DNA of 64,000 bases from Bacteroidota bacterium (lineage in GTDB: Bacteria > Bacteroidota > Bacteroidia > Chitinophagales > LD1), in NCBI GenBank assembly GCA_947479455.1, contig CANJZE010000006.1, forward strand, positions 2,871-66,870. Reading direction: 5' to 3'. Made by a program: the position numbers and the translations under genes. Position 1 is the stretch's first letter. Every line of letters begins with the position of its first letter. The notes under the pieces are model-generated. The model was not told the DNA's origin. It saw nothing but the letters and a program-made list of their open reading frames with translations, and ran no database searches. Shown here in pieces: positions 1-9,792 of the stretch.

Positions 1-629
1 GATATTGCTAACATTTCTTCAAACCTGTTGAGCGAAATTACTTTCAATCGTTCTTGATAATGGTAGTTCTCACCATTGGTTAAAAAATCTACATCCTTTA
101 CTATAAAACCTTTCTCTAACTTCTTCTGAATATGAAATTGCGTTTCATTTCGTTGAACAATTTCTTTTGACTTTATATTCTTGACGGCCCATTCGCAGTT
201 GATGTAATCCAGTACTAAGGTGCCATGGTGTTTTAATGTTTCGGAAAATGCCTTTATCACCTTTAAATCTTCCAGTTCATTTTCAAAATATCCGAAACTG
301 CTGAATAGGTTGAAAACAAAATCGAACTGATTAGTGTGATAAGTTTCACGAATATCATGGACTGCAAAATGTAAGCGTTCAGATTCAAATTGTTTTGCAT
401 ACTCGATACTGTTTTTTGATAGGTCAATGCCTGTTACTTTAAAACCAAGATGGGCAAGCGTAAGTGAGTGGCGACCTTTGCCACAAGCCGCATCCAGAAT
501 CTTTGCATTTTGCGGAATATGAACTGAACCAGCTATTTTTTCAATAAAAATTTTTGCTTCCGCCTCATTACGGTTGCAATAAAGTTGATGATAGTAAGGG
601 GAATCAAACCACTCTTCGAACCAGTTCAT
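1..629 (-). CDS. class I SAM-dependent methyltransferase (C-terminal end runs off the window)
   Basis: Not in the ORF track because no stop lies in the window. My reverse translation from ATG at 629..627 gives MNWFEEWFDSPYYHQLY...AKILDAACGKGRHS (SAM motif I)...FDFVFNLFSSFGYF. The frame stays open to position 1. Confidence 0.75.
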   Translation of the reverse strand, partial: MNWFEEWFDSPYYHQLYCNRNEAEAKIFIEKIAGSVHIPQNAKILDAACGKGRHSLTLAHLGFKVTGIDLSKNSIEYAKQFESERLHFAVHDIRETYHTNQFDFVFNLFSSFGYFENELEDLKVIKAFSETLKHHGTLVLDYINCEWAVKNIKSKEIVQRNETQFHIQKKLEKGFIVKDVDFLTNGENYHYQERLKVISLNRFEEMLAI

Positions 630-871
630 GAGGTGAAGATTTTAAAAATTCAGGTAACGGTTTGTGATATTACAAACACGAAGCAAGAGTAGATTAAAAA
701 TTTTGTTGCCACTGTTTATCGACACTTAGATGGCAAAAAAATATTTCCCTTTTGTTTTTTAACTTATTGTTGTTTTGGTGCCAGTATTTAAATCTGGAAC
801 TTTTGAACCTTTTGAGAGAATAATACGTTAATATTGTAGCAACGATATAAAATGATGCATAGAGCGGCTAA

Positions 872-1336
872 ATGGAAAAATTAATTTCTTCAATTCTTGT
901 TCTCTTCGGTTCAATTGTAAAGTTTTCAATGGGCACTCTCACTGCCATTGCAGCTGATTTAGGTTTGGGCGGATCTCTGGCCAATATCATTGGCGGTATA
1001 ATAGGCATTGTTGTTTTCACTTATCTTGGAGGTTATATCCAAGAATATTTTGTAAAAAAATTTCCTGATTATTTCAATCGTAAGTTTACCCGTGGAAATC
1101 GTTTTTTGGTTCGTGTGAAACAACGGTTTGGGTTGAATGGCATTGCAGTACTTACGCCAATTGTACTTTCTATTCCGGTGGGCGTTCTTTTTGCTTTAGC
1201 CCTAACCAACGACAAAAAGAAAATTTTGATCTCCATGTTAGTGTCAATGTTCTTTTGGGCAACCGTTTTATTTCTTCCGTATTATCTTTTTGATATCAAT
1301 ATCATTGATTGGGTTCAGAAAATGTTTGAACGTTAA
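872..1336 (+). CDS. small integral membrane protein, family not recognised
   Basis: ORF track. Several hydrophobic helices (GGIIGIVVFTYLGG, LTPIVLSIPVGVLFALAL, VSMFFWATVLFLPYYLF). Confidence 0.55.
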   Translation: MEKLISSILVLFGSIVKFSMGTLTAIAADLGLGGSLANIIGGIIGIVVFTYLGGYIQEYFVKKFPDYFNRKFTRGNRFLVRVKQRFGLNGIAVLTPIVLSIPVGVLFALALTNDKKKILISMLVSMFFWATVLFLPYYLFDINIIDWVQKMFER

Positions 1337-2106
1337 TAGCGCAATACAAAATTTTCCTTCGCTAATTTTTCTTTTTTAAAAAAGCAAATTCCAAATTGAT
1401 ACACATCAAGGGAGAGTGTGATTTTAGGATGTGATTTAATCGCTTTCCAAGCCTCTGTCATTTCGACACTGTAATAAATATCATCAAAAACGAAAATTGA
1501 ATTTTCATTTGTATGTAATAAACACTGCTCAAAATACTTAAGTGTTGCTTCCTTCGTATGATTGCCATCAAAAAGAACGAAATCAACTAAAAATTTTTTT
1601 TGTAGAAAAATAGAAAGCGTTTCGTCAAAGTTTCCACAAATGAATTCTGTATTTGAAATGTTTAACGAGGCGTGATTTTTTTTCGCCTCTTCAATCAAAC
1701 ACTCGGAACCTTCGAAAGAAAAAATTTTTGCAGAAGGACTTCCAAACGCGAGGTAAGTGGAGCTAATACCGATATTAGTTCCGAGTTCCAAAATGTTTTT
1801 CGGTTGAAAATGTTTTACAAGGCGAAAAAGAAGCAACCCGTATTTTTCTTTTACAGCAACTTTTTTTTCGAGTTCGGTAATTATCCGTACGGCTGATTTT
1901 GCTGTTCCGAAATCTGCTACTTCAATCTCACGTACATCATTCCTAAGTTTTGTTCTCAATAAATTTATTGGTGTAAGCTCTGTTTCGACTCCACCTTCCA
2001 GCACGTTTAAATAAAACTGATATACGAAGGGAGAATGTAAATAGTATTTTGTGCTGGCAGTTAGCTGATATTTGAGGAATTGAAGAAAGCGGTAGATAAA
2101 AATCAT
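1333..2106 (-). CDS. class I SAM-dependent (O-)methyltransferase
   Basis: ILELGTNIGISSTYLA motif I-like segment and the acidic FVLFDGNH / FVFDDI pattern typical of family-3 O-methyltransferases. Confidence 0.7.
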   Translation of the reverse strand: MIFIYRFLQFLKYQLTASTKYYLHSPFVYQFYLNVLEGGVETELTPINLLRTKLRNDVREIEVADFGTAKSAVRIITELEKKVAVKEKYGLLLFRLVKHFQPKNILELGTNIGISSTYLAFGSPSAKIFSFEGSECLIEEAKKNHASLNISNTEFICGNFDETLSIFLQKKFLVDFVLFDGNHTKEATLKYFEQCLLHTNENSIFVFDDIYYSVEMTEAWKAIKSHPKITLSLDVYQFGICFFKKEKLAKENFVLRY

Positions 2107-2161
2107 TGGTAGTTAGCACAACTTTATGAAACTTTGAGCATCTTTCAAATAAACTTAAAAT

Positions 2162-2947
2162 ATGAAGAAGTACATCCTCGCAATTTTTGTTTTTGCTTTG
2201 AGTAAAACGCAGGCGCAGAAAGGTTTTCACATTGGCGCATCGGGAACTTTTGCCGGAACATTTATTTACACTCAAAATAATTACGGTACACTCGCTCCGT
2301 TTGAATTAGGTGTTGTGCGTACATCAGAAATGAATTACAAGTTTACTCTCGGTGGCAGAGGCGGTGTAGTGCTGGGGTACAATTTCAAACATAATTGGGG
2401 CATACAGGCTGAGGTGCAGTATCTCAGCACGGGGCAAAAATATGAAGACAACTTTACAGGCCCTGCTAATTTGCCGAGCGGAAAAGTTGGAACCGGTGGC
2501 GCGAGAGTAAATGTAAAACGTGAGATAAGACTCACTTATGTTCGTGTTCCTTTGATGGCAAAGTACATTAGTAATGGAGGACACGTAGCAAAATTCTATT
2601 GCGCATTAGGACCAGAGTTTGGTGTGCGAATATTGGCTAAGGAAGAAGTTAGAATTGCTAATCAAATTTACGAGGATGCTTTAGGTTTTACTCCCGACCA
2701 AAAATTTCAGCGTTTCGATTTAGGGGTAGCTTTGCAACTGGGTACTGAAATTTTTGCTACCGATAATTTATACTTCGACATTGGCATGTCAGGAGTTATT
2801 GGTGCATGGGACATTAACGGCAAAGCGTTAAAAAATATTGACTGGTATAGTAAAAATGATTTGAGTTATCAAAAAAGCTTCGTGACCAACATAGGAATTG
2901 TGATTGGCATACATTATATCATCGGTCAAGGGAGAGATTACTACTAA
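2162..2947 (+). CDS. outer-membrane beta-barrel (porin-family) protein
   Basis: Signal peptide MKKYILAIFVFALSKTQAQ. Alternating hydrophobic strand pattern and Gly/aromatic-rich sequence throughout. Confidence 0.7.
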   Translation: MKKYILAIFVFALSKTQAQKGFHIGASGTFAGTFIYTQNNYGTLAPFELGVVRTSEMNYKFTLGGRGGVVLGYNFKHNWGIQAEVQYLSTGQKYEDNFTGPANLPSGKVGTGGARVNVKREIRLTYVRVPLMAKYISNGGHVAKFYCALGPEFGVRILAKEEVRIANQIYEDALGFTPDQKFQRFDLGVALQLGTEIFATDNLYFDIGMSGVIGAWDINGKALKNIDWYSKNDLSYQKSFVTNIGIVIGIHYIIGQGRDYY

Positions 2948-2949
2948 AC

Positions 2950-3552
2950 TTATTTTCGTTTCTCCAGTGGAATAAAGTTTTGGACAAACGCGGCATTTAC
3001 ATTTACCTGTGGTAATAATTGTTTGAACGAGCCAATCGAATCAACGTTTAAAGGCAGAAATGCGAGAGAGGGATTTATCTTTTCGTAGATCGAACTCAGG
3101 AAAATAGATTGAAACGGGTCAGTGGCAATGGCTACTCTTGTAAATCCTAAACGATTTGCCATTTCTAATCCATAGGTAATATTCTCGGTACTATGCAATG
3201 CTTTTTCTTCTGAAAAAGTATGTGACGCAGGAATGCCAAGCGAATCGGCAATGATCTTCATATATCGTCCTTCAATAAATGGCGAGTGAACAGCCGAGCC
3301 CGAAAAAATAATGTTCTTCGTTACTCCTTTTTCGTAAAGCATTTTTGCCCAACGCAATCGCACATTCATCATTATTTCAGGATTCATGCTGTCATAAGGT
3401 ATTCCGGGAACAATAATGACATCGTAAGGAGCTTTGCTCACTCCTTCGTTGTAAATGCGAATGGTATTTCGCTTGATGTGGCAGGAACTGATGTAGAGAA
3501 CTACTCCAACTACCAAAGCGAATATGACAGTGATTTTCGAAAATGATTTCAT
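2950..3552 (-). CDS. YdcF/ElyC/SanA-type DUF218 protein
   Basis: N-terminal anchor ending SSC. YDVIIVPGIPY...IIFSGSAVHSP core is typical of DUF218. Confidence 0.7.
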   Translation of the reverse strand: MKSFSKITVIFALVVGVVLYISSCHIKRNTIRIYNEGVSKAPYDVIIVPGIPYDSMNPEIMMNVRLRWAKMLYEKGVTKNIIFSGSAVHSPFIEGRYMKIIADSLGIPASHTFSEEKALHSTENITYGLEMANRLGFTRVAIATDPFQSIFLSSIYEKINPSLAFLPLNVDSIGSFKQLLPQVNVNAAFVQNFIPLEKRK

Positions 3553-3556
3553 GCCA

Positions 3557-4567
3557 TCAAAGATTCATATTTTTCAATTCAACTAAAACAGTTTGTAACA
3601 TTTCTTCTGTAAAATCAAGATGCGTTACCATGCGTAATAAAACAGGAGAGAAGGGTTGTACTCTAATACTTTTTGCAGCCAACGCTTCTGCCGCTTTTGC
3701 GGAATCAGACACTTCAAAAATTACAATGTTGCTTTCTATAGGCAACACTTTTTTTACCCAACTACAGGTTTTCAAGATAGTTGCAATTTTCTGTGCGCGT
3801 TCGTGATCTTCATACAAACGCGCTATATTATTATCAAGCGCGTAAATGCATGCTGCAGCTAAAATTCCACTTTGCCGCATTCCCCCTCCCATAACTTTTC
3901 TGATTTTGCGGGAGCGTTTTATGAAATCTTTTTTGCCCACCAAAACACTTCCTACAGGTGCGCCTAATCCTTTGCTGATGCAAATTGAAATACTGTCGAA
4001 AATTCCTGAAAGATCAATTGGTTTTTTCTTTAACACAGTAAGTGCATTAAAAATGCGCGCACCATCTAAATGAATAATCAAATTTTTTTCCCTGCAGAAA
4101 TCTGAAATGCTTTTCATTTCTTCAATGGTGTAAACACTTCCACCGCCTTTGTTCACGGTGTTCTCAATGCATACCATTCTAGAATTTGGCAGCCAATCAA
4201 AATCGGGAAGAACAAGTTCTTCAATTTGTTTCACATTCATTTTTCCGTTCACTCCTTCGGTTAAGCGAATAGAAACTCCCGAGTGATAAGCCCATCCACC
4301 AGTTTCGTAATTGTAAATGTGTGATAGTTTATCGCAAATAATTTCATCGAGCGGTTGTGTGTGTGCTTTGATAGCTATTTGATTGGTCATGGTTCCCGAT
4401 GGACAAAACAATCCTGCTTCGGCACCAAACATTTGTGCAACCATTTCTTCCAATTTTTTTACGGTTGGGTCTTCTGCAAAAACATCATCGCCAAGTTCTG
4501 CATTGAACATGGCTTCTTTCATTTTAGCCGATGGCTTGGTAACGGTATCGCTTCGTAAATCAATCAT
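3557..4567 (-). CDS. ltaE: low-specificity L-threonine aldolase
   Basis: N-terminus MIDLRSDTVTKPS, GTMTNQIA, and 336 aa length are characteristic of PLP threonine aldolases. Confidence 0.9.
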   Translation of the reverse strand: MIDLRSDTVTKPSAKMKEAMFNAELGDDVFAEDPTVKKLEEMVAQMFGAEAGLFCPSGTMTNQIAIKAHTQPLDEIICDKLSHIYNYETGGWAYHSGVSIRLTEGVNGKMNVKQIEELVLPDFDWLPNSRMVCIENTVNKGGGSVYTIEEMKSISDFCREKNLIIHLDGARIFNALTVLKKKPIDLSGIFDSISICISKGLGAPVGSVLVGKKDFIKRSRKIRKVMGGGMRQSGILAAACIYALDNNIARLYEDHERAQKIATILKTCSWVKKVLPIESNIVIFEVSDSAKAAEALAAKSIRVQPFSPVLLRMVTHLDFTEEMLQTVLVELKNMNL

Positions 4568-4583
4568 GATAAAATTATTGTGA

Positions 4584-4650
4584 CACGAATTACACGAATT
4601 GCACGAAGAAAGAAAATGTCAATCGGTGTAATTTGTGAAATCCGTGTCTT
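4584..4650. repeat. two inverted arms of 9-nt-period degenerate tandem units (CACGAATTA CACGAATTG CACGAAGAA // CGGTGTAAT TTGTGAAAT CCGTGTCTT)
   Basis: Read directly. The arms at 4584..4610 and 4624..4650 are imperfect reverse complements. They lie between the rhomboid stop and the ltaE start. Confidence 0.75.
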
Positions 4651-4655
4651 GATTT

Positions 4656-5270
4656 TTAGTGATGAATTAATTGTTGCACAAATATTACCAGCAACTGCGG
4701 GGCAAATAGAACTGGAAAAAAGAAGCCAAAAATAGAACTTGTGAAATGCGCTATATGCCCAATATTATCGCTACCGCGCTTTGCCATATATCCGCAATAC
4801 AACAAATACAGTCCTCCAAAAACAAAAGCCGGAATATCAATAGGAATGAAAAAGATTTGAATGCCTCCAAATGGATTTAGTAAAATATAAGAGAACACAA
4901 TAGCCGATACGCCACCGCTTGCTCCCAAACTTCGATAGCTTTCATCATCGCGGTTTTTGAAAAGATGGTAAACATCTGCAGTGGCTACTGCCCCAAAATA
5001 CATGAGCACAAAAAGCGTATGCCCTTTTCCTGAAAAAATTTCATCGAAAGAATATTCGATGTATGAACCAAAACTATACAGGGCAAACATGTTGAAGAAC
5101 AGATGCCCCATGTCGGCATGAATAAAACTACACGATAGCAGGCGATGCCATTCGTTGTATCGCCATATTCTATAGGGCTGAAAAATTAAATTGTCCAGTA
5201 CCTGCCGGTTGTTGAAAGCCAAAAACGAAGTGATACAAGTGAGGACGATTATGAAGATGGTGATGTTCAT
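4656..5270 (-). CDS. rhomboid-family intramembrane serine protease
   Basis: Six hydrophobic helices. Has HxxxN-like FIHADMGHLFFNM, the catalytic GASGGVSAIVF motif and a downstream His (GHIAHF). Confidence 0.85.
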   Translation of the reverse strand: MNITIFIIVLTCITSFLAFNNRQVLDNLIFQPYRIWRYNEWHRLLSCSFIHADMGHLFFNMFALYSFGSYIEYSFDEIFSGKGHTLFVLMYFGAVATADVYHLFKNRDDESYRSLGASGGVSAIVFSYILLNPFGGIQIFFIPIDIPAFVFGGLYLLYCGYMAKRGSDNIGHIAHFTSSIFGFFFPVLFAPQLLVIFVQQLIHH

Positions 5271-5369
5271 ACGTAGTTAAGTTGTGCGAATTTATCAGGA
5301 GGATTGAAAACGCGAAGGAAAGGTTATCATCAACATTTTACTTTCACGCTTTATTATCTTTGGCACTCC

Positions 5370-7313
5370 ATGCAAAAACTCGTTTTTATTTTTTCACTTT
5401 TTCTTTTTTCGATTACTGTAAAAGCGCAGGAAGCATTGGATGATATTGTGGAAAGCGAGAAAAAGCATTTTCTGCATTTACATAAATCAACGAAAGGAGG
5501 AGCCGGTAATAGCGAGAATGTAACCTATCAGCGTTTAGAATTTCAAGTAAATCCGAATGTGAAATACATTGCCGGAAAAGTGACTACCTATTTTATTCCT
5601 GCCACTGCTTCAAATTTTATTGAGTTTGATTTAAGCGATTCACTGACTGTTGATAGCATCGTTTATCACCAAACTTCACTTTCATTTTCGCATGTAAACG
5701 AAATCATTCATGCAAATTTCCCTTCGACAATTTCTGCTTTGCAAACAGATTCAATTGCTGTTTATTATCATGGAGTACCTACAGGTTCGGGCTTTGGCTC
5801 ATTTGTGCAAAGTGTTCACGATTTTAATGCGCCTCAGGTTCCACCAAATAATACCCCAGTTATCTGGACTCTCTCCGAACCTTATGGAGCTAAAGACTGG
5901 TGGCCATGTAAACAGAATTTGAGTGATAAAATTGATTCGATTGATATTCTTGTTACTGCTCCAGATTCATTCCAGGTTGCCAGCAACGGATTAATAGTGC
6001 AAGAAATTATTAACGGAAATTTAAAAACAACCCATTGGAAACATCGCTATCCTATAGCGGCATATCTCGTTTGTTTTGCAGTAACAAACTATGCTACTTT
6101 CAACCACTACATACCTTTCAATGGCGACACTTTGTTGATGAGTGTTTATGCTTACCCCGAACATTTAGCCGATGCACAGTCACACATTCCCGATTACACT
6201 GCGTTCATGCAATTATATGATACACTCTTTGGTGCTTATCCGTTTTACGGGGAGAAATATGGTATTGCCGAGTTTGGATGGGGTGGAGGAATGGAACATC
6301 AAACCATGACTTTTCAAACCAGTTTTGGATTTGAGTTAACTGCACATGAGCTAGCGCATCATTGGTTTGGCGATAAATTGACTTGCAGCACCTGGAATGA
6401 TATATGGCTTAACGAGGGCTTTGCAACCTATTTGGCGGGTTTGTGCTATGAACATATCGGTCCGCAATGGTGGGAAATTTACAAATCGCAAAAGCGCGGT
6501 GCTGCTCTTGCCGAACCTCATGGTTCCGTTTGGTGTGATGATACTACGAGTGTTGGACGAATTTTTAATAGCCATTTATCGTATGCAAAGGGCGCTATGG
6601 TGTTGCATTCGCTGCGCTATGTTTTGGGCGATGAAATTTTTTATCAGTCGCTAAAAAAATATTTGAGCGATGTAAATCTTGCTTACGCATTTGCCTCCAC
6701 TTCCGATTTGCAAAAACATGTTGAAGCAGAAAGTGGAAAAGATTTATCGCAGTTTTTCAACGATTGGATTTACGGAAAAGGATTTCCTACGTATCAAATC
6801 TCGTGGTCCCAAAATTTTGATAATGTAATTACTGCCACGGTGAACCAAACGCAAAGCGACCCATCGGTTTCGTTTTTCGAAATGCCATTGCCGTTGCTCC
6901 TTAAAAATGGAAATCGCGACACCACGTTAATTCTCGAACATCATTTTTCAGGCGAAGCATTTTCGTTTCCAATTTCTTTTCTGGCTGATAGTTTAATTTT
7001 CGACCCGCATCAATTTATAATTTGGGACACCGCAAAGGTAACCCGACTGCCGGCTTATGATTTTTCTTTTTTCGTTTATCCAAATCCTGTGAAAGAACAA
7101 TTGCAACTGCGAGTAGAAGCGTTACAAGGCGGAAAAGCCGAAGTGCAAATTTATAATGCCCTTGGGCAACTTGTGTTGAACGGTACTCAGGAATTCACTG
7201 CGGGGCGAAATACTTTACAACTCGAGGTAAAGAATTTTTTAGCAGGAACTTACCAAATCAATATGAATGCTTTGGGTAAAAAAGTAAACTCCACCTTCGT
7301 AAAAGTGAATTGA
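5370..7313 (+). CDS. secreted M1-family metallopeptidase with T9SS C-terminal sorting domain
   Basis: GGMEH exopeptidase motif; HELAHHWFGD...WLNEGFA zinc site. Signal peptide begins at the internal ATG 5370 (the ORF track starts at TTG 5304). Last ~80 aa (FFVYPNPVKEQLQLRV...GTYQINM...FVKVN) look like a Por/T9SS CTD. Confidence 0.9.
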   Translation: MQKLVFIFSLFLFSITVKAQEALDDIVESEKKHFLHLHKSTKGGAGNSENVTYQRLEFQVNPNVKYIAGKVTTYFIPATASNFIEFDLSDSLTVDSIVYHQTSLSFSHVNEIIHANFPSTISALQTDSIAVYYHGVPTGSGFGSFVQSVHDFNAPQVPPNNTPVIWTLSEPYGAKDWWPCKQNLSDKIDSIDILVTAPDSFQVASNGLIVQEIINGNLKTTHWKHRYPIAAYLVCFAVTNYATFNHYIPFNGDTLLMSVYAYPEHLADAQSHIPDYTAFMQLYDTLFGAYPFYGEKYGIAEFGWGGGMEHQTMTFQTSFGFELTAHELAHHWFGDKLTCSTWNDIWLNEGFATYLAGLCYEHIGPQWWEIYKSQKRGAALAEPHGSVWCDDTTSVGRIFNSHLSYAKGAMVLHSLRYVLGDEIFYQSLKKYLSDVNLAYAFASTSDLQKHVEAESGKDLSQFFNDWIYGKGFPTYQISWSQNFDNVITATVNQTQSDPSVSFFEMPLPLLLKNGNRDTTLILEHHFSGEAFSFPISFLADSLIFDPHQFIIWDTAKVTRLPAYDFSFFVYPNPVKEQLQLRVEALQGGKAEVQIYNALGQLVLNGTQEFTAGRNTLQLEVKNFLAGTYQINMNALGKKVNSTFVKVN

Positions 7314-7319
7314 TATTTT

Positions 7320-8093
7320 ATGGAAAAAAAATTGGAAGCCTTTGCACGTATACTCAAAATTATGGACGAATTGCGAGAACAATGTCCATGGGATAGAAAA
7401 CAAACCTTCGAAACGCTTCGGCCGCTTACCATTGAAGAAACCTACGAACTGAGCGATGCAATTTTGAAGGGTGATATGAAAAACCTGAAAGAAGAGTTAG
7501 GAGATTTGCTTTTGCATTTAGTTTTTTATGCCAAAATAGGAGAGGAGAAAGGCGAGTTTGACATGGCACAAGTCATCAATGATTTGTGTGAGAAATTAAT
7601 TTATCGTCATCCGCATATTTATGCAGATGTAAAAGTGAATAACGAAGAAGATGTAAAGAAAAACTGGGAGCAGTTGAAAATGCGGGAAGGAAAAAAATCT
7701 GTTTTATCGGGCGTGCCAAACGGATTACCATCGCTAATTAAAGCCTTTCGCATACAAGACAAAGCAGCGCAAGTAAAATTTGAATGGGAAAATATTGAAG
7801 ATGTATGGAAGAAAGTTGAAGAGGAAATGCAGGAGTTGCAGTCCGAAGTCCGAAGTCCGAAGTCTGAAATTGCAGTTGAAGAAGAATTTGGCGATTTGCT
7901 TTTTGCACTTGTTAATTATTCGCGCTTTTTAAAGATAGATGCCGAAGCTGCCCTCGAAAGAACCAACATGAAATTCATTCGCAGATTTAAGTTTATTGAA
8001 GAAAAAGCAGAAGCCATGAACAAATCACTAAACGATATGACACTTGGTGAAATGGATGCAATCTGGAACGAAGCGAAGACGAAAGGGTTGTAG
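7320..8093 (+). CDS. mazG: nucleoside triphosphate pyrophosphohydrolase MazG
   Basis: Two MazG EExxE/D modules (TIEETYELSDAI...ELGDLLLHLVFY and EEEFGDLLFALVNY). 257 aa. Confidence 0.9.
   Translation: MEKKLEAFARILKIMDELREQCPWDRKQTFETLRPLTIEETYELSDAILKGDMKNLKEELGDLLLHLVFYAKIGEEKGEFDMAQVINDLCEKLIYRHPHIYADVKVNNEEDVKKNWEQLKMREGKKSVLSGVPNGLPSLIKAFRIQDKAAQVKFEWENIEDVWKKVEEEMQELQSEVRSPKSEIAVEEEFGDLLFALVNYSRFLKIDAEAALERTNMKFIRRFKFIEEKAEAMNKSLNDMTLGEMDAIWNEAKTKGL
7841..7868 (+). repeat. heptamer array GTCCGAA x3 + GTCTGAA inside mazG
   Basis: Read directly. Encodes SEVRSPKSE in the mazG frame. Confidence 0.9.
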
Positions 8094-8196
8094 CTTTTCA
8101 ATTCTCAAATCTAATTGGGTTACCATTCTTTAACATTACATTAGCTGGATTTACCAAGTATTTGTATAAACTCGCTGTCCCAATTTTACCCGCAGT

Positions 8197-9339
8197 ATGA
8201 TTATAGGTTTACTTAAAGAAACAGAAACAGAAAACCGCGTTTCTATTTTACCCGATGGTGTTGTCAATCTTATAAAACTTAAAACAGAAGTTTGGTTTGA
8301 AGGAGATGCCGGACTTAGGGCTTTGCAGCATGATGATGATTATCTTGCTTCGGGTGCTGTACTCAAATCTCGCAATGAAATTCTTTCGTCTGCCGATATC
8401 ATTCTTTGTATTCATCCACTTTCTTCTACTGATTTAGTTATTATAAAATTTACCACAGTTGTAGTAGGTGTTTATCAACCGCTATTTAATTTTATTTCTA
8501 TGACTCATTGGGCGGAAAAAGGTATGACCACCTTTTCTCTTGATATGTTGCCGCGCACTACGCGCGCGCAGGCAATGGATGTGTTAAGTTCACAAGCAAA
8601 CATTGCAGGTTATAAAGCTGTAGTGATGGCCGCTTCTGTTTTTCCAAAATATTTTCCAATGCTGATGACTGCTGCCGGAAGTATTTCTCCCGCAAAAGTT
8701 TTGGTGATAGGTGCCGGAGTAGCAGGATTGCAAGCGATTGCCACAGCAAAAAGATTAGGCGCGGTGGTGGAAGTGTTTGATACCCGTGCGGCTTCTAAGG
8801 AAGAGGTAATGAGTTTGGGTGCCAAGTTTGTGGAAGTTGAAGGCGCGGCCGATGCTTCAAAAGCTGGAGGTTACGCAGTAGAGCAAACCGAAGAATATAA
8901 ACTGAAACAGAAACAACGCATTCACGAAGCTATTGTGAAAGCAGATATTGTGATTACCACCGCGCAAATTCCCGGAAAGAGAGCTCCGTTGCTCATTACC
9001 AAAACAATGGTTGAAGAAATGAGAAAGGGTTCGGTGATTGTTGATTTAGCGGCTGCTACAGGTGGCAACTGTGAAGTGACGAAGAACAATGAAACAGTTG
9101 TTCATCATGGTGTAAGCATCATAGGCAATTCGAATCTTCCATCTACAATGCCGGCAGATGCCAGTAAGTTGTATGGAAAGAATGTTTTCAATTTTTTGAA
9201 ACTTGTTATTGATGCTGAAGGAAAGCTGAATCTGAATTTTGAAGATGATTTAGTGAAGGGTGCTTGTATTACTCACGGCAAAAAAATTGTGAACGATAGA
9301 GTAATTGAAATTGTAAAAAAAACGGCTGCTACAAACTAA
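8197..9339 (+). CDS. pntAA: Re/Si-specific NAD(P)+ transhydrogenase subunit alpha part 1
   Basis: AlaDH/PNT fold with Rossmann motif VLVIGAGVAGLQAIATAKRLGA. Gene order is pntAA-pntAB-pntB. Confidence 0.9.
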   Translation: MIIGLLKETETENRVSILPDGVVNLIKLKTEVWFEGDAGLRALQHDDDYLASGAVLKSRNEILSSADIILCIHPLSSTDLVIIKFTTVVVGVYQPLFNFISMTHWAEKGMTTFSLDMLPRTTRAQAMDVLSSQANIAGYKAVVMAASVFPKYFPMLMTAAGSISPAKVLVIGAGVAGLQAIATAKRLGAVVEVFDTRAASKEEVMSLGAKFVEVEGAADASKAGGYAVEQTEEYKLKQKQRIHEAIVKADIVITTAQIPGKRAPLLITKTMVEEMRKGSVIVDLAAATGGNCEVTKNNETVVHHGVSIIGNSNLPSTMPADASKLYGKNVFNFLKLVIDAEGKLNLNFEDDLVKGACITHGKKIVNDRVIEIVKKTAATN

Positions 9340-9370
9340 GTACAGCCGTTTTTCGTTTAATAAATGGATT

Positions 9371-9432
9371 TGTCATCCTGAGCTTGTCGAAGGATTGCTT
9401 TTCGAAAACGCTTCGACAAGCTGAGCGTGGCA
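9371..9432. repeat. REP-like hairpin element (TGTCATCCTGAGCTTGTCGAAGG ... CTTCGACAAGCTGAGCGTGGCA)
   Basis: Two ~22-nt inverted arms read directly. Located in the pntAA-pntAB spacer. Confidence 0.85.
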
Positions 9433-9465
9433 TAGTTTTTAGTTGACTAAATTAATAAGACTGTT

Positions 9466-9783
9466 ATGGAAGATACAATCAAAATGCTTACACACGCCAT
9501 CACCATTCAAACAGTGTATGTAGTGGTGCTCATGATTTTTTTGGGCATAGAAGTTATATCAAACGTTCCTTCCATTTTGCATACACCATTAATGAGTGGT
9601 GCCAATGCCATTCACGGAGTAATAGTTGTAGGAGCAATTATTGTTTTAGGTAAAGCCGAGCCTACAAATTACGCTGCTCTTGTTTTTGGCTTTCTCGCGG
9701 TCGTTCTGGGCACGCTGAATGTAGTAGGAGGTTTTGTGGTTACTGATAGAATGCTCGAAATGTTTAAGAAACGAACTAAATAA
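9466..9783 (+). CDS. pntAB: NAD(P) transhydrogenase subunit alpha part 2 (membrane)
   Basis: 105-aa hydrophobic protein (SGANAIHGVIVVGAI) between pntAA and pntB. Confidence 0.85.
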   Translation: MEDTIKMLTHAITIQTVYVVVLMIFLGIEVISNVPSILHTPLMSGANAIHGVIVVGAIIVLGKAEPTNYAALVFGFLAVVLGTLNVVGGFVVTDRMLEMFKKRTK

Positions 9784-9792
9784 ACTGACTGT

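Noticed and set aside
1943-2275. 110-aa minus-strand ORF spanning the methyltransferase 5' end and the porin promoter region
   Set aside because: It overlaps the better-supported 1333..2106 gene in another frame and the start of 2162..2947. It has no motif support.
5304-5369. Upstream TTG start for the M1 peptidase (extra 22 aa MKTRRKGYHQHF...)
   Set aside because: The extension precedes a canonical signal peptide that begins at ATG 5370. The basic or odd N-terminal extension is unlikely to be translated.
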